Source of the DNA: Desulfobacterales bacterium
Lineage (GTDB): Bacteria > Desulfobacterota > Desulfobacteria > Desulfobacterales > JAHEIW01
Reading direction: 5' to 3'
Assembly: GCA_050116835.1 (NCBI GenBank)
Contig: JASFNW010000003.1
Span: 6,483-70,482 of the forward strand
Length of the DNA: 64,000 bases
Both the position numbers and the translations under genes were made by a program. This document shows positions 34,268 to 44,141 of the stretch, piece after piece; position 1 is the first letter of the stretch; the number at the start of each line of letters is the position of its first letter. The notes under the pieces were generated by a model. That model searched no databases and was not told the origin of the DNA. It worked only from the letters and a program-made list of their open reading frames with translations.

Positions 34268-36091
34268 TTACTCCTTGTCTTGCTGTATTTGCTCTAATAA
34301 GGCGACAGCTGATGTATTTGCCGGATTGATATCAATCGCCCGTCTGAGATTTTTAACACACTGGCTGCGTTCGCCCATCTGCTCCTGCACCATGGCAAGA
34401 TTAAACAAGGCCTCATCAAGGAAATCCGGTTCCAGTTTCACAACCCGTGCGTACATTTCTTTGGCCTGCGGGAAATCTTCAATGGTTGCATAGATGTATC
34501 CGAGGTTAAAAAAAGACTCCGGACGAAGCGGTTCCAGCTCGGCAGCCTTACGGTAGCTGGCGATCGCTCGTGGAAAATCGTTTTCAGAAACGTAGACGTA
34601 TCCAAGATTTAACAGGGCCGGAACGCTGTCAGGCTCAAATTCCAGCGCTCTGAGAAGGGCGCTTTTGGCCGATGGTGGATCCGTTGCGAGTAACTCTTCA
34701 GCCATGCCTTGTAAAGCGGCTGAAAAGTCTGCTGAAAATTCACGCAGCGCAGAAGGCTCCGCAGCCAGCACCGATTCAAACAGTGCTACAGCCGAGGCAA
34801 ATTGCCTGGCCTCAAGCGCTTGCCGGGCGGTCTTGATTTGTTCATCGGCAGGGTTCGTCGCCGGCTTCGGGGTGGTTAGGACCAGCGAATATGCCGCAAC
34901 CGACCGGTCTGAAGGGGTAAACGGCAATTCGGCCAGACTGAGATTAAAGACGATGCCCAAAATAACCAGCACCGCAGCCGGCGTAAAACGCCAGAGGGTT
35001 TGTTGAAACGGGGACGGTTGTAATGCGGCCGCCGGTTGGGTTTCCGGTAGAAAAACGGTACTGCCGGTATTGTCACTATCGCGTGAAGAGGCGTGGTTGT
35101 CCAGTGACGGCAGGACGCTTTCGACCTGCTTGTTGGTCCACAGAGCGCTTTCTTCTACGGCAAACTCTTCTTTGAAAAAATCTTTGATAAAACTGGCAAA
35201 GCTTCGGCTGTTGGGTCGCACAGACAGCTCAAAAATGCATTCCTCTATTTCGGCTAGCATCTGGCCGCAGGTCTGATAGCGTTCGTCGGGTTCTTTCGCA
35301 AGCGCCCGGTCGACGACGGCATAAAGTTTATCGGGAAGGTCAGGCCGCAGCTTTTTCAGCGGCGTGAACTGCGCCTCGCGCACCTGGCTGTATATGTGCA
35401 TGGTTTCGCCTTCAAACATTTTTCGGCCTGCTATCAATTCATACAATATGATGCCGGTGGAAAAGATGTCCGAGCGGTGGTCGATGACGTGGCCCATGGC
35501 CTGCTCCGGCGACATATAGGCAATTTTGCCTTTAATCAAGCCTTCATGGGTGGTGCTATTATGACTGGCAGCTTTGGCGATGCCGAAATCGATGATTTTC
35601 ACCTGTCCTTCATATGTCAGAAAGATATTTTGGGGGTTGATATCTCGATGAATGATATTCAGGGGTTTACCTTGCAGGTCCCTGAGTTTATGAGAATAAT
35701 CAAGCCCGGTACAAATGCGCGAAACAATGTAAAGCGCGCTTTCAAGATCCAGCGAACGACCACATTTTCTGAGCTTGTGGATCAGTTTGCGTAAATCTTT
35801 GCCGAAAAGATATTCCATGGCGATGAAGTATTCGCCGTCAATACTGCCAAAATCATAAATCTGGATGATGTTTTCATGCTGAAGCAGGGCGGCCAGTTTG
35901 GCCTCATCAATAAACGCCTTGACCAGATTGCCTTCACCGGAGAGGTGCGGCAGTATTTTTTTGATCGCAACACGTTTCTCAAAGCCGTGATCGCGGGTGA
36001 CGTTGGCGCGATACAGTTCGGCCATACCCCCCACAGCAATTTTTTGCAGCAGCTGGTATTTGCCGAATTGTTGGGTCTTAAGGTCTTTCAT
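34268..36091 (-). CDS. Hanks-type Ser/Thr protein kinase with TM segment and C-terminal TPR repeats
   Basis: Contains VAIKKI, HRDINPQNIF, DFGIAKA and YMSPEQ motifs, with TPR-like repeats in the C-terminal third. Confidence 0.9.
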   Translation of the reverse strand: MKDLKTQQFGKYQLLQKIAVGGMAELYRANVTRDHGFEKRVAIKKILPHLSGEGNLVKAFIDEAKLAALLQHENIIQIYDFGSIDGEYFIAMEYLFGKDLRKLIHKLRKCGRSLDLESALYIVSRICTGLDYSHKLRDLQGKPLNIIHRDINPQNIFLTYEGQVKIIDFGIAKAASHNSTTHEGLIKGKIAYMSPEQAMGHVIDHRSDIFSTGIILYELIAGRKMFEGETMHIYSQVREAQFTPLKKLRPDLPDKLYAVVDRALAKEPDERYQTCGQMLAEIEECIFELSVRPNSRSFASFIKDFFKEEFAVEESALWTNKQVESVLPSLDNHASSRDSDNTGSTVFLPETQPAAALQPSPFQQTLWRFTPAAVLVILGIVFNLSLAELPFTPSDRSVAAYSLVLTTPKPATNPADEQIKTARQALEARQFASAVALFESVLAAEPSALREFSADFSAALQGMAEELLATDPPSAKSALLRALEFEPDSVPALLNLGYVYVSENDFPRAIASYRKAAELEPLRPESFFNLGYIYATIEDFPQAKEMYARVVKLEPDFLDEALFNLAMVQEQMGERSQCVKNLRRAIDINPANTSAVALLEQIQQDKE

Positions 36092-36283
36092 CTGAAAAAT
36101 GATTCCTCAATTTTGGATCACATGTGCCGCTGGTGTGGTTTTGGCACTCCGCAAGAGGTGTGCGCCCTCCACCTGAATTTGGCGCTTCTGTTTCATCAAC
36201 CTGAAATCTGGCATGTATATCGGCCGTTTGGCCGGAATACTTGAATGGCGGGATGAGGCCATTATCTGTCGTCGACCTTAAGA

Positions 36284-36375
36284 CTTAGGTGCCCACCATC
36301 CCAAATATCGGGTCACTGGGTTGCTTGCGGGTAATCCATCTGCATATCGCCTATCAGAAAAAAACATGGCCTTTC
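36284..36375. repeat. ~90-nt MITE-like repeat (copy 1)
   Basis: CTTAGGTGC..CATCCCAAATATCGGGTCACTGGG....GCATATCGCCTATCAGAAAAAAACATGGCC aligns with 52771-52861 (inverted) and 52891-52955 (direct). Confidence 0.65.
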
Positions 36376-36438
36376 TTCTAATTAAATGATGCCCCTGTCC
36401 TAAATTATTTTCGTAATTTTTTTAGTTAATATAAATGT

Positions 36439-36582
36439 AAACCCATCTCAAAAATAGTAGATCACACCCAAGGGCAAGGCGAAAATCGATTCAAAAGCGG
36501 AGCATACACGTCAGTATTCGAGCATTTTGAATCGGTTTTTAAAGCAGCCCTTGGGCGTTAGATACATTTTTGAGGTGGGTTT
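36439..36582. repeat. nested long hairpin abutting the stop codon of the S1P-lyase-like gene
   Basis: The outer arm 36439-36475 pairs with 36547-36582. An inner AAAATCGATTCAAAA/TTTTGAATCGGTTTT stem encloses an apical ATAC-ACGTCA-GTAT hairpin. Confidence 0.6.
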
Positions 36583-38109
36583 TTAGAGTTTGTAGAGCAG
36601 GTCGATATACCGCTTCAACAAATCCCCCACCAGGCTGCGCACAGGCAGATTGGCCCCCAGGCCGTAGATGGGCGCCATCGTTCCGGATGAATCGGGATTC
36701 TCACGCACATGATCAACTGCGGCCTTTAAATCATGAATAAATCGTTCGGTCACTCCCGGCTGGGTATGCCGCAGGGTTACGCACAGGTGAACGCAGGCAG
36801 GATGGTGGAGACCGTTTAGACTCCAGCCCCGAGAAGATAGATAATCCATGATCTGATAAATATCCAACGTCTTGGAACCGAAAGCGATGACCCATAGCGG
36901 ATCTCCCAGAATGTACACTTCGGGAATATCTTGAATCCCATTTTTTATTCTGGCGGCGGCTTCCAATATTTGCTGGGTAGCTGCTAAATAGCCGTCTTTG
37001 CCGATTTTGACCATTGCGGCCCAGCAGGCGGCGCTTAAGGCTCCCGGTCGACTGCCGGCGAAAGTTGGTGAAAAATAAAGCCCCCCGGGCCATTCCGTTG
37101 TCGCAAAATACTGATAGCGGCGCAACGTCGGATTCCGATATAAGATGACGGAGGTTCCTTTGGCTGCAAAACCATATTTATGCGTGTCGGCCGAGATGGA
37201 TGTCACTCCGGGTAATCGAAAGTCGAACAACGGAACCGCATAGCCCAATTGTTCGGCCCATGGCAAAACAAAGCCACCCAGGCAGGCATCAGTGTGAAAC
37301 CCGATGCCCTTTTCTCTGGCCAGCTCGGACAGTTCCTCAATTGGATCCACCACGCCGTGGGGAAAGCAAGGCGCCGATCCGATCAGCAGGATGGTATGCT
37401 GCGTGAGGGCATCGCGGGCTGCCGTTACATCGGCCCGATAATCGGCGCCCACCGGGATGCGTTTAATTTTGATTTGAAAATACTCTGCCGCTTTATCAAA
37501 GGCAGCATGTGCGCTGACGGGCACAATCATCTCTGGCCGCGTAACATGTTTTTGATCGCGGGCCCAATCGCGATACGTTTTCATCGCCAGCAAGATACTT
37601 TCGGTGCCGCCGGATGTTACAACACCGCAGATCTCTCGATCCGGATCCGTTGCGGCCGCCTGCGGATCGGCACCCAGCATCCTGGCGGTCATGGACACAA
37701 TCTCTGATTCGTACTTGGCGCTGCTGGGCCATAGATCGGTGTGCAGGGGATTGCTCTGGGAGTTTAACATATAAACCTGGTCTAAAAAATCAATGTGGGC
37801 TGCATCGCCGTGGTAAACAGCCCCTGAGGCATAGCCGTCTTTCCATTTAGACTGCTCCAGATCAGACAGGGCTCGCATTTCCTCTAAAATGGCTGACGCT
37901 TCGCGGCCCGTGTCCGGTATGGCGGCATAGGTGTCAAATTGCTGCCGATAGGGCTTAACGACCGTTTCAAGATCGTGCAGCAGGTGGTCGAATTCTTGTT
38001 CTACCTTTCGTTCGACCGCTGGCAGGTTTTTGAGTCGATTGAAAATCCAGGTCGCAATGCGGGGATTGAGCCTTCCGAGAATGCCTTCGTTGAGTTTTTT
38101 GATGTCCAT
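36583..38109 (-). CDS. PLP-dependent group II decarboxylase-fold enzyme, sphingosine-1-phosphate lyase-like
   Basis: 508 aa with [12 protein letters not shown] and [22 protein letters not shown]...[15 protein letters not shown]. These motifs closely resemble the eukaryotic SGPL1/Dpl1 signature as recalled. Confidence 0.8.
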   Translation of the reverse strand: MDIKKLNEGILGRLNPRIATWIFNRLKNLPAVERKVEQEFDHLLHDLETVVKPYRQQFDTYAAIPDTGREASAILEEMRALSDLEQSKWKDGYASGAVYHGDAAHIDFLDQVYMLNSQSNPLHTDLWPSSAKYESEIVSMTARMLGADPQAAATDPDREICGVVTSGGTESILLAMKTYRDWARDQKHVTRPEMIVPVSAHAAFDKAAEYFQIKIKRIPVGADYRADVTAARDALTQHTILLIGSAPCFPHGVVDPIEELSELAREKGIGFHTDACLGGFVLPWAEQLGYAVPLFDFRLPGVTSISADTHKYGFAAKGTSVILYRNPTLRRYQYFATTEWPGGLYFSPTFAGSRPGALSAACWAAMVKIGKDGYLAATQQILEAAARIKNGIQDIPEVYILGDPLWVIAFGSKTLDIYQIMDYLSSRGWSLNGLHHPACVHLCVTLRHTQPGVTERFIHDLKAAVDHVRENPDSSGTMAPIYGLGANLPVRSLVGDLLKRYIDLLYKL

Positions 38110-38139
38110 TTATCCTCATCCATTTTAGACCAGCGGTAT

Positions 38140-39753
38140 TTAAGATTTCCGCCGGGGCATCCGTTCGTCGATTGATATGTCCGGCGTCTGGCTGCGATTC
38201 AGGCGCTTGTAGATTCGCCGGTTGCGTTTGTATAGCTCTAAAAACTGGCGGTATAAGCCATCATAGATGCTACGGTTATTTGGATTGGGTAGATAGGTAT
38301 GGGAAATTTTGACCTGATCGGGGATATCTTCAACCGCCAGATGCCCCAAAGCAATAGAAGCGAGAAACGCAGCGCCACGCAAATTGGCCTGAATAGGCGC
38401 ATTGATCTGGTTGATCGTCCGGTTAAGAACATCTGCAAAAATCTGGCACCAGACGCTGGAATTGGCCCCCCCGCCGATAAAACGGATGGGGTCCAGGCGC
38501 CGTTTGATAAATTTTTCAACATATTCCAGCAACCACCTTGAATTATAGGCCACCCCTTCGAAAATCGCCCTGATCACATGCGCGCGGGTGGTATTCAATG
38601 AAACGTTAAACAGTCCTGCGCGCACCGAATCGTTTTCGACAGGCGTTCGCTCACCGTATAACCAGGGCGTGAAAATCACATTGTTGCTGCCGGCCGGCGC
38701 ATTACCGGCAATTTCGTCAAATATTTTATAAGCATCCGACGGCCGCTCTTGCGGGCGCATCATATTGTCTTTTAGGAAGGTTAAGCAGGCGCCGGCGGTT
38801 TCCTGTTCATTGGCGATAAAATAACGATTCGGTATCGCCGACGGCAGCGCCGCCATATTATGGATCAGATCCGTTTTTTTAAACGGCACATGGCAGGTGA
38901 TCCAGGACGAGGTCCCTACGTAAAGGTGACCTTCAAAATCCCTGACCGCACCGGAACCAATAGCGGCGCTGTGCAGATCCGGCGTGCCGGTGATAACAGG
39001 CGTCTCTGGCTTGAGACCCAGCTCTAGCGCAACTTCTTTTTTAATCGGACCCAGAATGTCGACTGCTCGCTTGAGTTCGGGAAATTTCTCGCGGGGAATG
39101 CCGAATATGCGCAAGAGCCTGTCGTCATAGACCACGCGGGTAAGATCACGATTGTCGGTTATCCAGTGAAGTGCAATTGAGTCGTAAGAAGCGGCAAAGC
39201 GTCCGGTGAACCGGAGGTTAATATAATCTTTTGGCTCCAGGAATTTAAAGGTTTGGCGGTAGACCTGCGGAAATTCTGATTTTAAGAACAGGATATGCGC
39301 GATCGGATCTTTACCGGCATGCCCCGGTGCGCCCCCGGTTAAGCGCAACCAGCGGCTGAGCTTCGGCAGGCTGTAGCCTTCAATATTGATCAATCCACCG
39401 GTGACCTGCTCAACATAGCGCCGGCCGCGCGTGTCCATCCAGATAATTGCATTGGCCAGGGCCCGACCGCTTGAATCGACGGCCACCGTTCCAGACCATT
39501 GGGTGGTACAACTGACACAGACGATGTCTGCGGCTGGCACCCAGCGTTTTTCTAAAACCCGTTTAGCCGTTTTAAGGACAGCCTGCCACCATTGATCCGG
39601 TATTTGTTCGGCCCCCCCATGGGGCACAATCAGCAGGTCAACGTTCTCAAATTCATAATCAACGACCTCACCCCGGGTGGAAATCAGTGCTGATTTTGGC
39701 CCGGAGGTGCCCAGATCAATAGCGAGAATATATTTTTCTGTGCTGGCTGTCAC
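38140..39753 (-). CDS. FGGY-family carbohydrate kinase
   Basis: 537 aa with the N-terminal motif ILAIDLGTSGPK and overall FGGY colinearity. The GTG start has no clear SD. Confidence 0.8.
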   Translation of the reverse strand: MTASTEKYILAIDLGTSGPKSALISTRGEVVDYEFENVDLLIVPHGGAEQIPDQWWQAVLKTAKRVLEKRWVPAADIVCVSCTTQWSGTVAVDSSGRALANAIIWMDTRGRRYVEQVTGGLINIEGYSLPKLSRWLRLTGGAPGHAGKDPIAHILFLKSEFPQVYRQTFKFLEPKDYINLRFTGRFAASYDSIALHWITDNRDLTRVVYDDRLLRIFGIPREKFPELKRAVDILGPIKKEVALELGLKPETPVITGTPDLHSAAIGSGAVRDFEGHLYVGTSSWITCHVPFKKTDLIHNMAALPSAIPNRYFIANEQETAGACLTFLKDNMMRPQERPSDAYKIFDEIAGNAPAGSNNVIFTPWLYGERTPVENDSVRAGLFNVSLNTTRAHVIRAIFEGVAYNSRWLLEYVEKFIKRRLDPIRFIGGGANSSVWCQIFADVLNRTINQINAPIQANLRGAAFLASIALGHLAVEDIPDQVKISHTYLPNPNNRSIYDGLYRQFLELYKRNRRIYKRLNRSQTPDISIDERMPRRKS

Positions 39754-39790
39754 TTTATCGGAAAAAGCGCCATTTCTAAATGGGAACTAT

Positions 39791-41134
39791 TTAATGACCG
39801 ACAGCTTGAACCCGCTGCTGGGTAAACGCCGTCTCCTCCCTTAATTTTTCTTTGCGCACGCGGTTGAATTCAGTCTCTATGGCGACAAAGGCCTTAACAA
39901 TTTCCGGATCGAAGTGTCGGCCTTTTAAGCGGATGATCATCGATCTGGCTTTTGCGTGAGAATAGGCTTCTTTGTAAAATCGTTTGGTAGTTAAGGCATC
40001 GTACACGTCGGCTATCGCAATGATGCGCGCAGATAAAGGGATTTGTTCGCCCTTTAGTCCGCGGGGGTACCCTGAACCGTCCCATTTTTCGTGGTGGTTG
40101 TATGCAATTTCCTTGCCCATGTCCAAAAAGGACTTGCCCTCAATCTGAGACTCGATTGCCTTTAAGGCATTGCCGCCCATCAGGGTATGGCGCTTGATGA
40201 TATCAAATTCATCTTCAGTCAATTCCCCGGGTTTTAGCAAAAGCGCATCCGGCGTGCCGACTTTACCGATATCGTGCAGAATTGCAGATTGGTAGATATC
40301 GTCGATATATTGCTGATCGATGCGATCAGCAAATTTGGGATTCTTGGCCAATTGCACCGCAAGAACTCTGGCATACTCCCGAATTCTTTCCAGGTGGGTG
40401 CCGGTACCTTCGTCGCGGTATTCGGCAAGCTTGGCAAGACCCAGAATTGTTGCGCTGCGGGCTTCATGTACTTTTCTGTAGGATTCCAAAAGATCCATTT
40501 CCATTTTCTTTTTTTCGGTCCGGTCCCGCAGGACGCCTCGATATCCGATGGGCACCCCTCTGGCATCCTGCAGTAAAGAAGCTGAAGCTTCAATGAACAA
40601 GGTCGCCCCCTCGATATTAAATTCGCAGTCAAAGGCCTTAACCGGTCTGCCGCTGCGGCGGCATTTCAAAAAGGTTTCGTATATTAATCCGGCATTCTTG
40701 TCATCCATAACATCCCAAAAATTCATAAATCGCAGATCCGTTTTAGGCACACCAAGAATTTTACTCAACGAGTCGTTTCCAAAAATAATATACCCCTCAA
40801 AGTCGATTTCATAGTAGCCCTCTTCGATATTTTCAAGAATCGTTCGGTATTTTTCCTCACTTTCTTTTAATGCTTCCAGCGCCCGGTTGCGTTCATTAAT
40901 GGTAAATTGTACGTGGGAGCCGAACATTAAGAAAAGGCAAAATACGATTAGCCGCGGCCACACATCACTGATGTTGGGCCCGAAGATTTCTTGGTAAAAA
41001 CTAATTTCCTCCGGTGAAAATACATTGAGAAGAGATTCCAGAGCCCAGTACAATGCGCCCAGAAATATAGCGGTCAGAACCATATAATCGGCCAAATCAA
41101 CACGATTGTTCATTCGTTTTTTTAATTTTTTCAT
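39791..41134 (-). CDS. membrane-anchored PAS / HD-GYP domain phosphohydrolase
   Basis: Two N-terminal TM helices and a PAS-like segment are followed by HD..K and HHEKWDGSGYPRGL (HD-GYP). Confidence 0.85.
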   Translation of the reverse strand: MKKLKKRMNNRVDLADYMVLTAIFLGALYWALESLLNVFSPEEISFYQEIFGPNISDVWPRLIVFCLFLMFGSHVQFTINERNRALEALKESEEKYRTILENIEEGYYEIDFEGYIIFGNDSLSKILGVPKTDLRFMNFWDVMDDKNAGLIYETFLKCRRSGRPVKAFDCEFNIEGATLFIEASASLLQDARGVPIGYRGVLRDRTEKKKMEMDLLESYRKVHEARSATILGLAKLAEYRDEGTGTHLERIREYARVLAVQLAKNPKFADRIDQQYIDDIYQSAILHDIGKVGTPDALLLKPGELTEDEFDIIKRHTLMGGNALKAIESQIEGKSFLDMGKEIAYNHHEKWDGSGYPRGLKGEQIPLSARIIAIADVYDALTTKRFYKEAYSHAKARSMIIRLKGRHFDPEIVKAFVAIETEFNRVRKEKLREETAFTQQRVQAVGH

Positions 41135-41270
41135 ATAGTTATATCGCTTACGGCTGCCAAATATTGACGCCCCGGGCAGTGTTTGATAGAATATTATAGG
41201 TTGAAGGCCAGCAGCTGTATGGCCACATCTGGTAAATGTCTTAACTCGCTAACTCTAATAAGGTCATATA

Positions 41271-41552
41271 ATGAACTCGAGAATTAAGCAATATATCTTG
41301 ATCGGCATCCTGGTGGCCGCCGGGTATTTCATTATGAATAACCATATCATAATCTATGGCAAGGATGTCCACCTTTTAAAAAAAACCTCAATGCATCTGC
41401 ACTATACTTTTTTCAGCGTCAAGGGAAAAAAACCGGCTAAAATCCTGGAAATTGACTATCTGCGGGATGCGGGTATCGGCGATTTGCTCGTGGAATTGGG
41501 GGTCATTGATGACGAGCAAAGGTTTAACCTGGAAAACGAATATTATGAATAG
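41271..41552 (+). CDS. hypothetical membrane-anchored protein (93 aa)
   Basis: Has an N-terminal TM helix. It is an isolated ORF flanked by hairpins, and no family was recognised. Confidence 0.45.
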   Translation: MNSRIKQYILIGILVAAGYFIMNNHIIIYGKDVHLLKKTSMHLHYTFFSVKGKKPAKILEIDYLRDAGIGDLLVELGVIDDEQRFNLENEYYE

Positions 41553-41662
41553 CCGGCGGCATTCTTAACGCCAAAATTCGTCTTATCCCGAAAATGCAAA
41601 TAATCTCCATTTTCATGCATAAATCAGATATTAGCTTATCTGAAAACCCGACACGATTGCAC

Positions 41663-43753
41663 TCAACAAATGGCATTTAATTCAAGCGTCATGGGTCGAT
41701 CTTCTTCGCTTTTCCCTGTAAACCTTATGGGACCGGGCTTTCTGAAATGATCCTCCGCTGAATCAGCCGCCAACCACTTTTCGCGATTGGCCTTGACGAC
41801 CTGAAATGCGGCTGAACGAACGTCGACGATGCTCTTTTCCAGTACAAGCGCCAGACGGCCTTTACGCTCTTCAAGATGCATCAGCGGTGCAATGGGAATG
41901 CCGATCGGTTCCCATTTTGAAAAATCCTGCTCCAAGCTACGAATGGCGGCCATTTGTCCGGTAGCCCCATTGGCGATCAGGCTGAATACGGTCAACCCCA
42001 GGTTATAGGTATAGATGCAATCAAATCGGGTCGGGTCATTTCCGCGGCCGTCATAACCGTAAAAATGATTCTGGGTTTTAAAAGAAGGAACCGACTTTTT
42101 AAAGATCTTTTCAACCACCAACGGAATGTCCTGACGATCTGTGATCATTTTCGCGTCGACTAAAGACTGCCGTAACGTTTTCAACGATATAATCTCAGAT
42201 CTTCTTAATAAAATTTCAGCCTGTTGGTAATCTTCAAATAGCAGCGGACCAAAGGCATCCGGATCCAGGTCCGCTTGTTGCAATGTTTTGCGATAGTAAT
42301 TTTTATGAATACCCAGGCGGTAGCGGCCCTGCTCTTTCAAAATGTTCAGATAATCTTTTACCAGATCCATGAGGACTTTTTCAGTTTCAACCTGCGAAAA
42401 TGGAAAATTGCCGTGGCTGTCTCTTTCCATTAAAAGCCCTTCCTGAAAAAAGGCCGGAATGTCATTGAACAGGTCATCATCACGCGTATTCCAGAGCGTA
42501 AAAGAGGTGTCCTCTCTGGAGCGTTGCGCCAGGCGGCGCAGATACTCCAGCTTATCTTCCAGCAGGGCAAAAGCAGAATGAAAATCTTTGTCGTGGGTTT
42601 GGTTATATTCGGCGATAAGGGTATTGAGCTTTATAATGAAAACCTGAATCTCGTTGATGAACTCCAGAACACCTTCGGGCACAACAATAACACCGTAATT
42701 TTTCCCGATGGCCGCGCGCCTTACAATTCCTTCACAAATCACCCGTGACAGATGCCGCAGCGTTATGCCGTATGCATGATAATCGACCGTGCCGTTTTTT
42801 TGGGCCTTTTCAAGCCGCTGCCGGTCTACATAATCGGCCAGGTCCTCGCCGATGAGAGTCATGTTTGCATGGGTTTGCAGGGTAACTTCCAGGGCCAGGT
42901 GACTGGCCACCCGGCCCATGACTTTGCAAATGTGCCAGTATTTTACATCAGAGCTGCTGTCGGTGCACAAATTGCTGATAGAATTGGCAAAGGCCCGTGC
43001 GGCGGTATGAAATCCGAAAGACATCGCACACAGGACGCTGCCGTTATCATCTCTGACCTGAATATCACCGTCGATTGTTTTGGGAACGCCGATCACCTGG
43101 ACGCCATCGGCAAACATTTCCTGCGCTAAAAAAGCAGCATTGGTGTTGGAATCATCGCCGCCGACGATGACGAGGGCGTCTAAATCGAGTTTTTTGCAGG
43201 TTTCCCGACAGCGTGCTATCTTGTCCGGCGTATCGATCTTCGTACGACCGGTTTTGATCATGGTAAAACCACCGATATTCCGATACGCGTCCACCAGATC
43301 ATCATTGAGTTCGAGTGTTTCGTTTTCGATAATCCCATCCGGACCGATCAAGAAACCAAAAACCCTGGATTTCGGGTTGGCCTTTTTGACGGCATCGTAA
43401 AGACCGGCAATGACATTATGTCCGCCGGGAGCCGGCCCTCCCGAAAAAACGATGCCGATATGCCTTTTTTGCTGATATGTTTTGGACAGCGCTGCATCAG
43501 CCGTTTTGAGGCCTTCGATTTTCTGGACTGGATTGTTGATTATATCGGACAGCTGTTTGGCCGCCTCCTTGTCCACTGTGAATTTAAATTCATCCACCGG
43601 ATGCAGGCGTGAAAATGCTTGCGAAAGCGCGCTGCAAACCGCTGGTGAATATTGTCTTCTTTCGAGCAATTCGGCGTTCACATCTTCGGTGACCTCTAAC
43701 ACCTTGGGGTGCTTTAACAGATCCGGTGTAGATATTGGCTTTTTTCCTGACAT
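41663..43753 (-). CDS. pfp: pyrophosphate-dependent phosphofructokinase (long-form PfkA family)
   Basis: Contains GGDDS and PKTIDGD motifs, which are the Asp/Lys PPi-specific signatures rather than GGDGS/GTIDND. ATG 43753 follows a GGAGA SD. Confidence 0.85.
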   Translation of the reverse strand: MSGKKPISTPDLLKHPKVLEVTEDVNAELLERRQYSPAVCSALSQAFSRLHPVDEFKFTVDKEAAKQLSDIINNPVQKIEGLKTADAALSKTYQQKRHIGIVFSGGPAPGGHNVIAGLYDAVKKANPKSRVFGFLIGPDGIIENETLELNDDLVDAYRNIGGFTMIKTGRTKIDTPDKIARCRETCKKLDLDALVIVGGDDSNTNAAFLAQEMFADGVQVIGVPKTIDGDIQVRDDNGSVLCAMSFGFHTAARAFANSISNLCTDSSSDVKYWHICKVMGRVASHLALEVTLQTHANMTLIGEDLADYVDRQRLEKAQKNGTVDYHAYGITLRHLSRVICEGIVRRAAIGKNYGVIVVPEGVLEFINEIQVFIIKLNTLIAEYNQTHDKDFHSAFALLEDKLEYLRRLAQRSREDTSFTLWNTRDDDLFNDIPAFFQEGLLMERDSHGNFPFSQVETEKVLMDLVKDYLNILKEQGRYRLGIHKNYYRKTLQQADLDPDAFGPLLFEDYQQAEILLRRSEIISLKTLRQSLVDAKMITDRQDIPLVVEKIFKKSVPSFKTQNHFYGYDGRGNDPTRFDCIYTYNLGLTVFSLIANGATGQMAAIRSLEQDFSKWEPIGIPIAPLMHLEERKGRLALVLEKSIVDVRSAAFQVVKANREKWLAADSAEDHFRKPGPIRFTGKSEEDRPMTLELNAIC

Positions 43754-44141
43754 ATCGATCTCCGCAAAACAAGTAGATTGAAAGAATGCGATGCCAAAAG
43801 GCATTCGCTAACGAGGATTTTACCCAACCTCTTTATAGGGTGTCAATATTATGTGCAATAATGAATTTTATCAAGGATAAGCTGTCATTTCATTGTGACA
43901 CAAATTGAATACCGTTTAAAGGCTGAATGCTTTTGATTTAAAGAACCCAAGTTTAAAAAACGACTTGCCATTTATAACGATTGTGATAAGTATGCATCGT
44001 TTATCGCGGCAGTCGTCTGAGCTGCCAGAGGCCAATTACTCCGAAACCCAAAACCATCGTCAATGCACTGAACAGGAGCGGAATTGCTATCGTTTCCGTT
44101 CCCGGGAGGTAAATTTAAACCCTATAAGGAGGAGGTTCGGC

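Noticed and set aside
36439-36582. Integron attC site; the right arm contains GTTAGAT, which matches GTTRRRY.
   Set aside because: The left arm lacks the complementary RYYYAAC core. There is no intI gene, no cassette array, and no extrahelical-base pattern that could be verified.
43805-44141. Possible amino-acid or glutamine riboswitch in the ~150-nt leader of the ABC transporter operon.
   Set aside because: Only a short GGCAG/CTGCC hairpin was found. There is no match to any riboswitch consensus that I can reproduce from memory.
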